NCBI RefSeq assembly: GCF_963921235.1
Contig: NC_086100.1
Location: forward strand, 84,320,001 to 84,384,000
Direction: 5' to 3'
Origin: Mobula hypostoma
Lineage: Eukaryota
Length of the DNA: 64,000 nucleotides
Part shown: positions 15,001-27,165 of the stretch, in pieces
Position numbering within the stretch: position 1 is the first letter of the stretch
Layout of the letters: the number at the start of each line of letters is the position of its first letter
Notes under the pieces: generated by a model
What the model was told of the DNA's origin: nothing
Databases searched by the model: none
Seen by the model: only the letters and a program-made list of their open reading frames with translations
Made by a program: the position numbers and the translations under genes

Positions 15001-17893
15001 GTGGAGTCGAGCTGGAGTTTGGATATTGGACAGGATGTGTGGAGTGGAGTTTGGATTGTGGACAGGATGTGTGGAGTAAAGCTAGAGTTTGGATTGTGGA
15101 CAGGATATGCGGAATGGAGTTTGGACTGTGGACAGGATATGTGGATTCGAGCTGGAGTTTGGATATTGGACAGGATGTGCGGAGTGGTGTTTGGATATTG
15201 GACAGGATGTGCGGAGTGGTGTATGGATTGTGGACAGGATGTGTGCAGTGGAGTTTGGATTGTGGGCAGGATGTTGTGGAGTGGAGTTTGGCTTGTGGAC
15301 AGGAGGTGTGGAATGGAGTTTGGACTGTGGACTGGAGTTTTGATTGTGGACAGGTTGTGTGGAGTGGAATTTGTATTGTGGACAGGATGTGTGGATTGGA
15401 GTTTGGATTGTGGACAGGATGTGTGGACTGAAACTGGAGTTTGGATTGTGGACAGGATGTGTGGAGTGGAGTTTGGCCTGTGGACTGCATGTGCGGAATG
15501 GAGTTTGGATTGTGGACAGGATGTGTGGACTGGAGTTTGGATTGTGGACTGGATGTGTGGAGTGAATTTTGGATTGTGGACAGGATTTGTGGAGTGGAGT
15601 TTGGATTGTGTACAGGATGTGTGGAGTAAAGCTAGAGTTTGGATTGTGGACAGGATGTGCCGAATGGAGTTTGGACTGTGGACAGGATATGTGGAGTCGA
15701 GCTGGAGTTTGGATTGTTAACAGGATATGTTGTGTGGAGTTTGGATTGAGGACAGGATGTGTGGAGAGGAGTTTGGATTGTGGACAGAATGTGTGGAATG
15801 GAGTTTTCACTGTGGACAGGATGTGTGGATTGGAGTTTGGATTGTGGACAGGATGTGTGGAGTGGAGTTTGGATTGTGGACAGGATGTGTGGATTGGAGT
15901 TTGGACTGTGGACAGGATGTGTGGAGTAGAGTTTGGATTGTGGACAGGATGTGTGGACTGAACTGAAGTTTGGATTGTGGACATGATGTGTGGAGTGGAG
16001 TTTGGATTGTGGACAGGCTGTGTGGAGTGGAGTTTGGATTGTGGACAGGATGTGTGGAATGGAGTTTGTATAGTGGACAGGATGTGTGGACTGGAACTGA
16101 AGATTGGATTGTGGACATGATGTGTGGAGTGGAGTTTGGATTGTGGACAGGATGTGTGGACTGAAACTGGAGTTTGGATTGTGGACTGCATGTGTGGAAT
16201 GGAGTTTGGATTGTGGACAGGATGTGTGGACTGGAGTTTGGTTTGTGGACAGGAAGTGTGGAGTGGAGTTTGGATTGTGGACAGGATGTGTGAAGTAAAG
16301 CTAGAGTTTGGATTGTGAATAGGATGTGCGGAATGGAGTTTGGACTGTGGAAAGGATATGTGGAGTCGAGCTGGAGTTTGGATATTGGACAGGATGTGTG
16401 GAGTGGAGTTTGGATTGTGGACAGGATGTGCGGATATGAGCTGCAGTTTGGATTGCGGACAGGATGTGTGGAGTGGTGTTTGGATTGTGGACAGGATGTG
16501 TGGTATGGAGTTTGGACTGTGGACAGGATGTGTGGAGTAGAGTTTGGATTGTGGACAGGATGTGTGGAGTAGAGTTTGGATTGTGGACAGGATGTGTGGA
16601 CTGGAGTTTGGATTGAGGGCAGGATGTGTGGATTGGAGTTTGGATTGTGGACAGGATATGTGGACGAAGTTTGGATTGTGGACAGGTGTTTGGATTGTGG
16701 ACAGGAGATTGGATTGTGGACAGAATGTGTGGAGTGGAGTTTGGATTGTGGACAGGATGTGTGCAGTGGAGTTTGGATTGTGGGCAGGATTTGTGGAGTG
16801 GAATTTGTCTTGTGGACAGGAGGTGTGGAATGGAGTTTGGGCTGTGGACAGGATATGTGGACTGGAGTATGGACTGTGGAAAGGATATGTGGAGTGGAGT
16901 TTGGATTGTGGACAGGATGTGTGGATTCGAGCTGAAGTTTGGATTATGGACAGGATGTGTGGAGTGGAGTTTGGATTGTGGACAGGCTGTGTGGACTGGA
17001 GTTTGGAATGTGAACGGGATGTCTGAACTGGAGTTTGGATTGTGGACATAACGTGTGGATTGGAGTTTTGATTGTGGACAGGATGTGTGCAGTGGACATT
17101 GGATTGTGGGCAGGATTTGTGGAGTGGAGTTTGGCTTGTGGACAGGAGGTGTGGAATGGAGTTTGGACTGTGGACAGGATGTGTGGCTGGAGCTTTGATT
17201 GTGGACAGGATGTGTGGAGTGGAATTTGGATTGTGGACAGGATGTGTGGAGTGGAATTTGGATTGTGGACAGGATATGTGGAGTCAAGCTGAAGTTTGGA
17301 TTGTGGAAAGGATGTGTGGACTGGAGTTTGGACTGTGGACAGGATGTGTGGAGTGGAGTTTGGATTGTGGACCGGATGTGTGGAATGGAGTTGGATTGTG
17401 GGCAGGATGTGTGGAGTGAAGTTTGGATTGTGGACAGGATGTGTGTACTGGAGTTTGGATTGTGGACAGGATGTGTGGAATGGAGTTTGGACTGTGAGCA
17501 GGTTGTGTGGACTTGAGTTTCGATTGTGGACAGGATGTCTGGATTGGAGTTTGGATTGTGGACAGGATGTGTGGAGTGGAGTTTGCCTTGGGGACAGGAT
17601 GTGTGGAATGGAGTTAGGATTGTGGACTGTATGTTTGGAATGGAGTTTGGATTGTGGACTGGATGTGTGGACTGGAGTTTGGATTGTGGACAGGATGTGT
17701 GGACTAGAGATTGGATTATGGACAGGATGTGTGGACTGGAGTTTGGACTGTGGACAGGATGTGTGAAATGGAGTTGGATTGTGGACAGGATGTGTGGACT
17801 CGAGTTTGGATTGTGAACAGCATGTGTGGAATGGAGTTGGATTGTGGACAGTATGTTTGGAATCGAGATGGAGTTTGGATTGTGGTCAGGATA
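1..17893. repeat. Tandem satellite array, ~32-bp monomer (TGGAGTTTGGATTGTGGACAGGATGTGTGGAV) with 19-, 31- and 38-bp variants; runs off the left edge of the window
   Basis: Continuous repetition of the monomer. The 38-bp variants carry an extra ACTGGA. The + strand is G/T-rich and CpG-poor. Abrupt change to unique sequence at ~17895. Confidence 0.97.
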
Positions 17894-18361
17894 TACATGA
17901 CAGACGTGCAGGATAACTGTATCTCAGCATGTTCTGACACACTGAACCACACAATTCAGACCAACATAGAAGTTCTAAGTAGTTATCAATTCCTCTATTG
18001 AAATGCAATGCTTGCACTATGGTGCTAGTTTTTTTTCTGATTTCTGTGTCTCAGCGTACCACCCCTTCCACAGAATAACGACCCTGTGTCTGTCAATTGC
18101 TGTAAAGTAGTGTGGTATATGCTCAGACCATGAAAGGCTGAGCTTAAATGCAGCAATTTTTTTTCTTATATCTTAATTCACCAAGTTTAAACTCAAAACA
18201 ATTTTCACAGGTGAAATTTATGATATTCGATTATGCTTTACTGATGTGCTTTACAGGCAAGGAGGATTCATATTTAACAGTGCAACACACGATAAATTGA
18301 GTTAAACATTGATAGAGTCTGACAACCCTGGGGACTACATGAATTTTGTTTTCTTGTAGGA

Positions 18362-19399
18362 TTAACATGAGGGTTCTATCTGATGCACATCTTTCACGAA
18401 GATGAAAGATTTGATAGCCTTTGCTAATTCTCTGTATCTTATCGCGTACAGGTAGGGAGCCAGGGCTTTTGGACCCATCATTATTACATTAGACAGGGCC
18501 CAAGTGATGAAAGTTCCCTTTTCGAACTTAATCATGCCACAATAATATAAAATCCTTTCAATTATAATCAGTAGCATTGCACCAAAGTAAAAAACGAAGA
18601 CAAGAGAGTGCATTAGAAAGGTGAGTCTTGCCCTGGAGGTAAACCCTCTCCATATCCTGGAATTCCTCGTCTTCCAGTACAACATGAAGTGACAGCCCAG
18701 CAGTAAGCATACACATGACAGCAACAGGGTAATGAACATCCCATAAAAAAGGTGAGCAAGCACAGCACCGTTTGGAACAATTAGGAAAATATAGTCCAGC
18801 TGACACATTCCCAGCTTGCAAAATGGAGACTGTTGTGTAGCTAACATTAGCACGGTGATGGTAAACTGCGGCAAAGTAACCAAGATCCATATGAAGATCA
18901 CCAGTTTGATCGTCCTGGAGGGAGGGAGCAGTATGATATAATGCAGAGACCAGTTGATAGCTAAGTAGGTGTCTATTACCATGGCTGTGATTGTCATAAT
19001 TCCACCACAACATGAAGACGCTAGAGTGAAAAGCAACAACTCACAAACCACCTTGGCTAAGCTCAGATGGAAAGCGTTACAAAGCTGGACGCAGAAGTTT
19101 ATCACCATGTAAATCAAGTCACTGAGCAAAGTGTTGCTAAGCAGCAGGTATCTGGATTCTTGGCGGAGGCTGCTTTTGGTGAAAATGGTCAGTAAGGTTA
19201 GTGGGCTGGCTAGCAAAGATGCAAAGAAGCAGATTCCTCCTGGGATGATGATAAGCCCGCTTTGACCCCGTAACAAAGCTTCAGCCCATCGTAGGTTAAT
19301 TTCAGCAATGGTACTGGAGGTGAATGTGGAGTTTGGGATCTCTATTGATGACTCATTGGAGTAGAAAATAAAAGTACACTCGGCACCAAGTGAAGCCAT
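18362..19399 (-). CDS. GPR148: GPR148-like orphan 7TM GPCR, copy 1 (345 aa, intronless CDS)
   Basis: Seven hydrophobic segments. Motifs LRQESRYLLLSNTLLSDLIY, TAMVIDTYLAI..LHY, IWRGFTSRARLTFLMHS and MMGPKALAPYLYAIRYREL match GPR148 as I recall it (LRQEPHYLL, HTYLAV, SRARGTLLIHS, YLYLLRYRQL). N-terminal sequons NES and NST. Which copy is the true ortholog is not resolved. Confidence 0.85.
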   Translation of the reverse strand: MASLGAECTFIFYSNESSIEIPNSTFTSSTIAEINLRWAEALLRGQSGLIIIPGGICFFASLLASPLTLLTIFTKSSLRQESRYLLLSNTLLSDLIYMVINFCVQLCNAFHLSLAKVVCELLLFTLASSCCGGIMTITAMVIDTYLAINWSLHYIILLPPSRTIKLVIFIWILVTLPQFTITVLMLATQQSPFCKLGMCQLDYIFLIVPNGAVLAHLFYGMFITLLLSCVCLLLGCHFMLYWKTRNSRIWRGFTSRARLTFLMHSLVFVFYFGAMLLIIIERILYYCGMIKFEKGTFITWALSNVIMMGPKALAPYLYAIRYRELAKAIKSFIFVKDVHQIEPSC

Positions 19400-20619
19400 C
19401 TTGCTGCATTTAGTGAAGATTCACAAATCATTTATCTTTATAATCTTCTGGTAAAAGGGGAAGTGATCTCAAACAGTTAGAATCTCTTCTTTTCCTTCCT
19501 GAATTTTATTCAGTTCCAGTATTCTTCCTAGATAGTTTTAACCCACTGGAAGGAGTTAATTGAGAACCAAATCCTTTAGCAGTCAGAGCAAATCACAGGG
19601 AACACTGCAGCCCCTATCCTCCTATGTGCGTCCAAAATCCAGATCTCTCACTTCCTGAGCACTCGCGCTTTGACCTCTCAATAAAACAGCATGGTCCCCC
19701 ACCTCTACATCAGGGTTAATTAGCTCTGGAACAGCATTCATCTCTGCCTCCCTCTGAGACTTCAGAGCAAATATTAGCTCTTGAAATCAGCCACAACTGA
19801 TTCCCTTCCCTTCAGGTGTGTGGTGGTGAGCAGATGGAACAGTCAAAGTCAAATCACTGGATTACTGCTAATGCAAACATTCCACTTTCCCTAATGGGCT
19901 ACTTAGGGCAGCAGGAGAGGCCTGACAACAACAAGTTATCCGTTCAGATAACAATGATTTATTACCTGTTAGCTTATCTGACCCTTTTTCTGAGAATGAC
20001 TAAAATATCCTTTGTAGCCTTTCTTTCACACCTTCTAGATTTGAGGCAATTGACCGAACGAAGAGAGGAGTTTCATTTACAAATTTAACCCTGACTGCAA
20101 TAGACAACCGAGGTTGAGAGACTACTAATATTATGAGTTAGTTAGCAGCTGTGCAAAGAGAAACAGATTTACATCACTGGCCCACTACTCTTTGGGACTT
20201 TGTTTTTCTTTCCATCGACGTTACCTGACCCACAGAATGTTTCCGGCATTTTCTTTTTTTTTTGTGTCGGATTTCTAGCATCTGCAGTTTTGTTTTGTCC
20301 TAATTTCATCAGTTTAGCTTTCAAGTATTAAATATCTGTACATGACATTCTCCATTTACCGTTTTAGTTGGTGTATTTGCCAGGTCACTGTAGGATCTGT
20401 AGGGTCATGCTCAGGCAAAGAAACAGATCTTGAATTTCCATTCAAAACAGCCCAAGTATTTATCTACCAAAATCAATCAGCTCAATTTTCAATTGACTAA
20501 CATCATAGTCACTGGTGATATGGGCCCAAAATTTCCTTTTGCACATGTTTCTCAGTCAATATAACTTTTCTGTGTGTCAGCCTGAAACACCAGTGTCTCT
20601 TTTTTGGAAATACTAACCT

Positions 20620-21200
20620 TTTTTATATCAAAATAAAAACTATTCATAATAGTATTTATAAGAATAAATGGTGCAATGCCTTTTCATTCTTAGATTGCCA
20701 GTCAATGTTTTAAGTAGTGTTCAATACCAATAGGGTTGTTGCCACTCATATGGCTCCTTGGGGAGGTTCGCCACAGTAACTGAGGTGCTTCCTCACCCAA
20801 CCTGTCCAGTACTGGAAGGACCCTATATTGCGGTCCTTCCCCACTGAGTTCTTGCAATGACTGCACCAAGCTTCTGTGCATCCCTCAGCACGTACCCCTG
20901 CAGCTCAGAATGTGCCAACTGGCAGCGTTCCTCTATGGACCTCTTGACGTGTTGGCAATCCAACAGATTTTGGGCCGACCGAAGGGCGTCTTTCTCTGAG
21001 TTGATGATCTGCCAGCATTACTTGATGGCCATCTGTGTGTCCGTCCCTGGGTACAGCCTGTAGATCAGAGTCCTCTGTCATGTTACCCGTAACACAGGCC
21101 CTCACAGCTTTCTCCGCAGGTGTTGTGTTGGAGCAAGAGCGGCCGCAGGGGATTTTTGGGTCGAGCAGAAGCTCTGCCAGACACCTTACATATGCGGTGT
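20620..21200 (-). mobile_element. Degenerate Tx1/L1-clade LINE 3' fragment
   Basis: The minus strand encodes CQLAHSELQGYVLRDAQKLG, resembling the ORF2 C-terminus of fish/shark Tx1-like elements. A-rich tail near 20620. Confidence 0.55.
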
Positions 21201-21534
21201 TATTGGGCTGGAAACAACCTTACTCTTGTACTTTCAGAAGTAGCATTTCATCAAATAAAGCCAATCTTTCACCCCAGTGGTAAAACTGAGTCTCTGTAGC
21301 ATAGTCTTTATAGATAAGATTGGGTTTAAATTTTAAAAATATCCCACACTGATTTACAATTCAGTGAGGAGCTAGAGAGATTGGACATCAGTGGGATTCT
21401 GCGTTGCCTTGCATCTTCCCTATGTTCATGTTGGGGCCTTAATTACAGCCATAAGTACCTCCCCACCTTTTGGACAGCTGATGTTGGGACCAAAGTAGTT
21501 GCTGACAAGTATTAGCTACATATATTAATAAATA

Positions 21535-22191
21535 GAAGGAGGAGAAGATGGCTGCGCGACGGCAGCGTGTGCGGCCTCTTCGGTGATGAATATCTGTTAC
21601 CTGTCAAGTAGAGTACCGTGCACAATTCTGATTTGATGGAGACAGACGTGAAGGTACAGAGGAACATCTGGAAAACTTCTGAAATGTCCGCTTTGCTGCC
21701 GCTGCTGCTGTGTGGTAACCGGAATCTCCGGAGCAGAAGGCCCCGAATCCTCAGCTTTGCTTGTTTCAGCGGCTGGGGCTAGGTCAAAGGCGCTCGGCAG
21801 AGGATGGGGCTCGGGAGGCTGTATCGGAGGGGTTGGTCGGACGGATAGGCTCAGTGTCGGCTGTGGTCGGCTGCTTCCAAGTCATCGGCAAGTAGACGGT
21901 GCCTGGAGGTTTATGGCAGGGAGTTTCTCCCTTTTGCCGCCTGCTATCGGGGACTCAGGAATCGATCGACTCAGGGACTTTTGAGACCTTATTTACCATG
22001 CCCATGGTTTGTTCTTCATCAAATTATGGTATTGCTTTGCACTGCTGTAACCATATGTTATAATTATGCGGTTCTGTCAGTGTTAGTCTTTGGTTTGTCC
22101 TGTTTTCTCTGATATCACTCCAGAGAAATATTGTATCATTTCTTAATGCATGTATGACAATAAAAGAGGACTGAGTGTTCTCATAATCTAA
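21535..22191 (+). mobile_element. ~650-bp non-autonomous retroposon, copy A
   Basis: Collinear with 61697-62366. Head is GAGGAGAAGATGGC; tail is AATAAAAGAGGACTGAGTGTTCTCATAATCTAA. Confidence 0.8.
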
Positions 22192-22217
22192 ATACTATGG
22201 TGCCTCATGGGTTAAAA

Positions 22218-22514
22218 GGGCAGCACACTAGCGTAGTGGTTAGCTACGTAGTGGTTTACAGTACAACTGGCCCTGGTTCAATTCCCACCACTGCCTGTCG
22301 GGAGTTTGTACATTCTCCCCATGACCGCGTGGGTTTCCTCCGGGTGCTCCAGTTTCCTCCCACAGTCCAAAGATGTATCAGTTGGTTGGTTCATCGGTCT
22401 TTGTAGATTGTCCTGTGATTAGGCTAGGATTAAATCGGGGGGTTACTGGGTGGTGTGGCTTGAAAGGCCAGAAGGGCCTATTCCGTGCTGTATCTCAATA
22501 AATAAATAAATAAA
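22218..22514 (+). mobile_element. tRNA-derived V-SINE (HE1-like) with CR1/HER1-type tail
   Basis: Box A-like TAGCGTAGTGG, box B-like GGTTCAATTCC, V-domain GGGTTTCCTCCGGGTGCTCCAGTTTCCTCCCACAGTCCAAAGA, and tail GGGCCTATTCCGTGCTGTATCTC(AATA)n. Confidence 0.85.
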
Positions 22515-23249
22515 ATGATATTGTTTTAATTCAGCTTTCATCACTCATTTTTGAGGAGCTAGTCAATGCCAAGGCAGAGGAGGGAAGCAGATGTCTTGCT
22601 TGAAGGGTATTAGTGAACCAGATAGATTCTTTTTAATGACAATCGAATAGTCTGTGGTCATTATTACTAACTTTGGTTGTTATTCCAAATCACCACTGGA
22701 TCCAAATTCCACCATTACCATGGCAGAATTTGAACTCAGATGTGGTGACAGAGTCCAGGCCTTCTGTTCCTGGTCCAGTAACTTAAACTCATTGCCGCCG
22801 TCGCTATTCTGAGATTGCGTTGCTACAGTAATTACTTCTGCTTCTGAAGGGGGCACTTTATAAACAAAGTTACCATCGCTTACTAAACTGAGCTTATGGT
22901 CACCTACCTCATCTAGAAACAGTAGTCAGTAAATAACTTGTGGGAGCTTATTCTCTGTCACTAAACTGTATCAACTTACCTGCAATTAAAATTTCCTCTC
23001 AGCGGTAATGTAGACACAACCTGTGTGCAAGCGACTCTTGTACACAAGTTATGCCTACATTAGTCACCTGCAGTTTATGTAACAGAGATAAGCCATCCAC
23101 CCTATCATCTGTGCAGCTGATTCCTCTGTTGATGAGCATCGAAAAAGCTGGATGTTACTTTTCTAGGCTGCATGAATCGTTCTCTTCCTCACAATTTAGC
23201 CTTGTTCAATGTTTTGGTGATAACACCTCACCTCTCAGGTACCAAGCTT

Positions 23250-23360
23250 GGGCCCGAAACGTCGACGGTTTGTGCCCTTCCATAGACGCTGCCCCTCTTG
23301 CTCAGTTCCGCCTGCATCTTGAAGGTATAGCTCAAGATTTCTGGCATCTGCCGATTCTCC
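23250..23360 (+). mobile_element. Penelope terminal-repeat remnant
   Basis: GGCCCGAAACGTCGACGG...GATTTCTGGCATCTGC is similar to the end of the Penelope copy at 56490-56600. Confidence 0.6.
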
Positions 23361-23739
23361 AGTGTCACTAATGGAGGACTCTGGCTGGGTTCCAACCTGT
23401 GTTAGTGTAAATCCTTCTACCTTCTCAAGTCAGCTCTCTGAAGTTGATAGTTCATTGGCCTATGAACTCTCTATTTGCAGCTATCAACCAGCTTTCAGTG
23501 ATGCATGTGTGCACGGACCACATGATCTCTTTGCCCTTCAGTCACCTCTCTTACCATTCAGGCCTGGTCTTTTCCTCTCGGGTAAAGTAGGATTACCGCA
23601 ACCCTCCCCAGATTTTCCACAGACTTTCCCAGTCAGTTATTGTATCTGTCTAACTTCTTTCCAACTAGGCTACTTTCAACAAATTTGGAAATACAATCAA
23701 TGTTATTCATAAAAATATTGTGTGTGTGGGGGTAGGGTA

Positions 23740-24077
23740 TAGGATAGATGGTCAGAGATTTTCCTCGGGTGCGGTAGTTTAAAACTAAAGGTCATAGATT
23801 TAATATGAGAGGAGAAGCATTTCAAGGACCTCTGACGACAAGCTTCTCACGTAGACAGCAGTGGTCGTGTGCAACAAGTCACCAAAGGAACTGGTAGAGG
23901 CTGATACAATGATAGCACTCCACTGGCATTTTTGACAGGTACTTGCATGGGAAAGAACTGGAGCAACATGGGCAAATACAGGAAAATGGAATTAGTGTGG
24001 ATAGGCATTGTGGTTCGCACAGATGAATTGGGTCAAAGGGCCTATTTCCCCACAATGTAACTTTATGATTCTATGAA
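23740..24077 (+). mobile_element. CR1/HER1 LINE 3' fragment
   Basis: Similar to the 3' ends of other CR1 copies in this window; ends in GGGTCAAAGGGCCT...TATGATTCTATGA. Confidence 0.7.
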
Positions 24078-24199
24078 CCTCTCAGATGCACAGAGCCTTC
24101 TGACCGACTACTTGCAGAAACTCCAGTAATTAGTGTATTTTTCAAATAGTTAAACCACGTCAGTTAATTTATAAACTATTGATTATCTATTCACTGCTG

Positions 24200-25790
24200 A
24201 TTATACTTTATACTTTATTGTCGCCAAACAATTGATACTAGAACATACAATCATCACAGCAATACTTGATTCTGTGCTTCCCGCTCACTGGATTACAAAT
24301 ATTAAATATTAAAAATATTAAAATAGTAAAAATTAGTAAATAGAAAATAGAAAAATAGAAAGTGAGGTCGTGCAAAAAAACCGAGAGGCAGGTCGAGATG
24401 TTTTGGAGGGTACGGCCCAGATCCAGGTCAGGATCCGTTCAGTAGTCTTATCACAGCTGGAAAGATGTCACACTGGGGGGGCACTGGGAGCAAGGGTGGA
24501 CCCAAATGCAGGACACATCTTGTGAGGCTACTTAGATTTAGTTTATTGTTTGATACCAGGAGAGCAAGGCAGGAGCAGGAAATAGCGAACTGGACAAGGA
24601 CTCAGGACTACGACTAGGCTGGAACGAGGGGTCTGGGCTTGGACTCAGAATCAGCTCCCAGAACTAGAGGAGACATGAAGAGGCTAGGGTATGGACTCTG
24701 AGCCCGAGACTGGGCAAGGACCCAGTACTTGGGTCTTGCCTCGGGCTCGGACCCCAGAACCAGGCATGGACATGACATGGGCTCGGGAGAGGAGGAACAT
24801 GGGAACACAGAGCCTCGCTCTCGGGGAGCAGGTACATGGAACCATAGACACATACACAGAACAGAGAGCCGGGACCCCTCCTTGGGTACAGAACATAGGG
24901 CCAGGACTCATGACCCTCCGCGGGGCAACGGCAAGATAGCCTGACTTACCCTAAGGAGGCGAGGACAAGACGAGCCAAGACATGACTCTCCGCGGGGCAA
25001 CAGCAAGACGGCCAGACTTACCCCACGGAGGTGAGGACAGGACAAGACCAACACGAACGCACACCAGACAGCACCTATCTAGCTCCGGCGATAGAACTAG
25101 ACCGAAGTGCAGGCAGGGGCTGCAGACGAGGGCTAGAGGTGAGAGGGGCAGAGAAGGGATTCAGACAAGGGGGTAGGACAGGAATCACAGACTGCCAGGG
25201 CCAGGACTTGACTCAGAACTGGGAAGCCGCCAGGGCCAGGACTTGACTTGGTGCTAGAACGCCGCCAGGGCCAGGACTTGACTTGGTGCCTCTGGGTAGT
25301 GGCGAGCTCTCGACTCGGCCCGGGAACAGTAGACAGCAGTTCTTGATTCCCTCCGGCGGATTAACTGACGGACTCATCTCAGTGAGGAAACTTTGCAGGC
25401 TCGCTTTGGTGAGGTAACTGGACAGGGTTGCTCCAGTGAGGAAAAGGCGAATTACCGGCACTCGCTTCAGCAGAGACTAGACTTGCTCCGGCCAGATAAC
25501 ATCGGCACACAGTACCTTAGATGACCTTGCAGACGCTCCTGCACCGAACGGCTGAAAGCCGGAGACTATAAACTATTGGTTCTGCCGAGTGTTAATTGCC
25601 TCTAATCACCAAAGTCGAGGGACACGGGAAAACAGGGAATCAACGGTCCGGATCATAACGTAAACAAGCTAAATTTAAAGGGACCCCGATCCGGACCATG
25701 ACAAAAGAAGCTGTTCCCAAATCTGGCCATATGAGTCTTCAAGCTCCTAAGCCTTCTTCCGGAGGGAAGAGGGATGAAAAGTGTGTTGAC
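24200..25790 (-). mobile_element. Rex1/Babar LINE 3' fragment split by a solo LTR
   Basis: Host sequence CAGCTGGAAAGAAGCTGTTCC is restored when 24466-25708 is removed. It resembles the Rex1 3' region at ~33390-33480. Confidence 0.6.
24466..25703 (-). mobile_element. Solo LTR (1238 bp), Gypsy/BEL-like
   Basis: TGTCA...TGACA termini. 5-bp TSD AAAGA at 24461-24465 and 25704-25708. Minus-strand AATAAA at ~24542. Internal short tandem repeats; no coding domain. Confidence 0.8.
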
Positions 25791-25925
25791 CAGCACTCAT
25801 TTTTCTGAGTGCTCTGTCACTGAGTCCATGGTAAGTTTTTGGTAACTTCCCTGTGATGGGTATTAGAAGGTAAACAAATAAAACTACAGATGAAAGAAAA
25901 AGAAAAATAAATACTGGAAGAACTC

Positions 25926-27165
25926 ATCCCATTGTTGTTTGTCATCTATATCAATGGTTTGATTAAGAATGTACAAGGCATGGTCAGTAAGTTTGCAGAT
26001 GACACTAAAATAGGTGGTACAGTGAACAGAGAAGAAGATTATCAAAAATTATTTATTTATTGAGATACAGCACAGAGTATGCCCTTCCAGTCCTTCGAGC
26101 CTCACTGCCCAGCAATTCCCGATTTCACCTTAGCCCCAGGACAATTTACAATGACCAATTAACCTTCCAACTAGTTGGTCTTTGGACTGTGGGAGGAAAC
26201 TGGAGCACCCGGAGGAAACCCATGCGATCACGGGGAGAACATACAGCCTCCTTACAGGCAACAACAGGAATTGAAGTCGGGTCACTGGTACTGTAAAACA
26301 TTGTGCTAACCACTACACTACCTTGTTATAGGGCGATCTGGATCAGTTGAATAAGTAGGCGAAGGGTTGGCAAATGGAGTTTAGCTTGGAGAAGTATGAG
26401 GTACTGCAGTTTGGAAAGTCCAGGAACAACTTTCACAGTGAACAACAGGACCTAGAAAGTGTTGTAGAAAAGAGGGATCCTATATCTTAGAGTACAAGTA
26501 CATGGTTCACTGAATGTGGAGTCACAGGGAGACAGGATAAAGAAAGCTTTTGGTGTGTTGGCTTTCATAAGTCAGGAATATGAGTATAACAGTTGGTGTG
26601 GAGGTCATGGTGGGGATGTACAAGACTCTAGTGAGGTTGCATTTGGAGTATCGTGTTCAGTTTTAGTCTCCATGCTAAAGAAAGGATGTTATTAAACTGG
26701 AAAGGGCGCAGAAAAGATTGATAAGACTGCTGCCAAAACTTGAGGAACTGAGTCATAGGGAGAAGTCAGACTGGCTCAGACTCAATTCCTTGGAGCGTAG
26801 GGGACCTGAGAGGTGATTTTATAGAGATGTGTAAAACCATAGGCAGGGTAAGTGCGTTCGGTCTTTTTCCCAGGGTTGGAGTATCAGGAAGTAGAGGACA
26901 CAGGTTCAAAGTGATAGGGGAAGGATTTAAGAGGAACTTGAGGGGAAACTTTTTTTACACAAAGCGTGGTATCTACGTGGAATCAGCTGTCAGAGAAAGG
27001 TACAATAACAACTTTTAAAAGACAGTTGGACAAGTACATGGATAGGAAAGGTTTAGAAGATAATGGGCCAAGTGCTAGTAGATGGGAATAGACTGAATGA
27101 AGCATCTTGGTCAGCATGACCACTGGGCCGAAAGGCCTGTTTCTGTGCTGTATGACCCTATGACT
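25926..27165 (+). mobile_element. 5'-truncated CR1 LINE (RT C-terminal half plus 3' UTR)
   Basis: AAGTTTGCAGATGACACTAAA encodes KFADDTK; also LEYRVQF. Ends in GGGCCGAAAGGCCTGTTTCTGTGCTGTATGAC. Confidence 0.85.
26050..26322 (-). mobile_element. V-SINE (HE1-like) nested in the CR1
   Basis: Reverse complement of the V-domain (GTCTTTGGACTGTGGGAGGAAACTGGAGCACCCGGAGGAAACCC); (TTTA)n tail at ~26050. Confidence 0.85.

Noticed and set aside
1-17893. CRISPR-like periodicity (32-38 bp units)
   Set aside because: No unique spacers, no cas genes, and the context is eukaryotic.
1-17893. Telomeric repeat or immunoglobulin switch region
   Set aside because: No TTAGGG arrays, AGCT motifs are rare, and there are no Ig segments nearby.
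1-18001. Very many overlapping ORFs, including 1045-aa, 661-aa and 655-aa S/T/P/H-rich minus-strand ORFs and W/C/G/V-rich plus-strand ORFs
   Set aside because: The 32-bp monomer is not a multiple of 3, so the same peptides appear in all frames. Indels are not frame-preserving, and stop codons are scarce simply because of base composition. Not a mucin or structural protein gene.
19550-19900. OR-type promoter motifs (TAATTG, TAATTA) upstream of GPCR copy 1
   Set aside because: Short motifs expected by chance in AT-rich DNA; no convincing paired O/E site.
22218-22295. tRNA gene
   Set aside because: The A/B boxes belong to the SINE head; no cloverleaf, and the V-domain follows.
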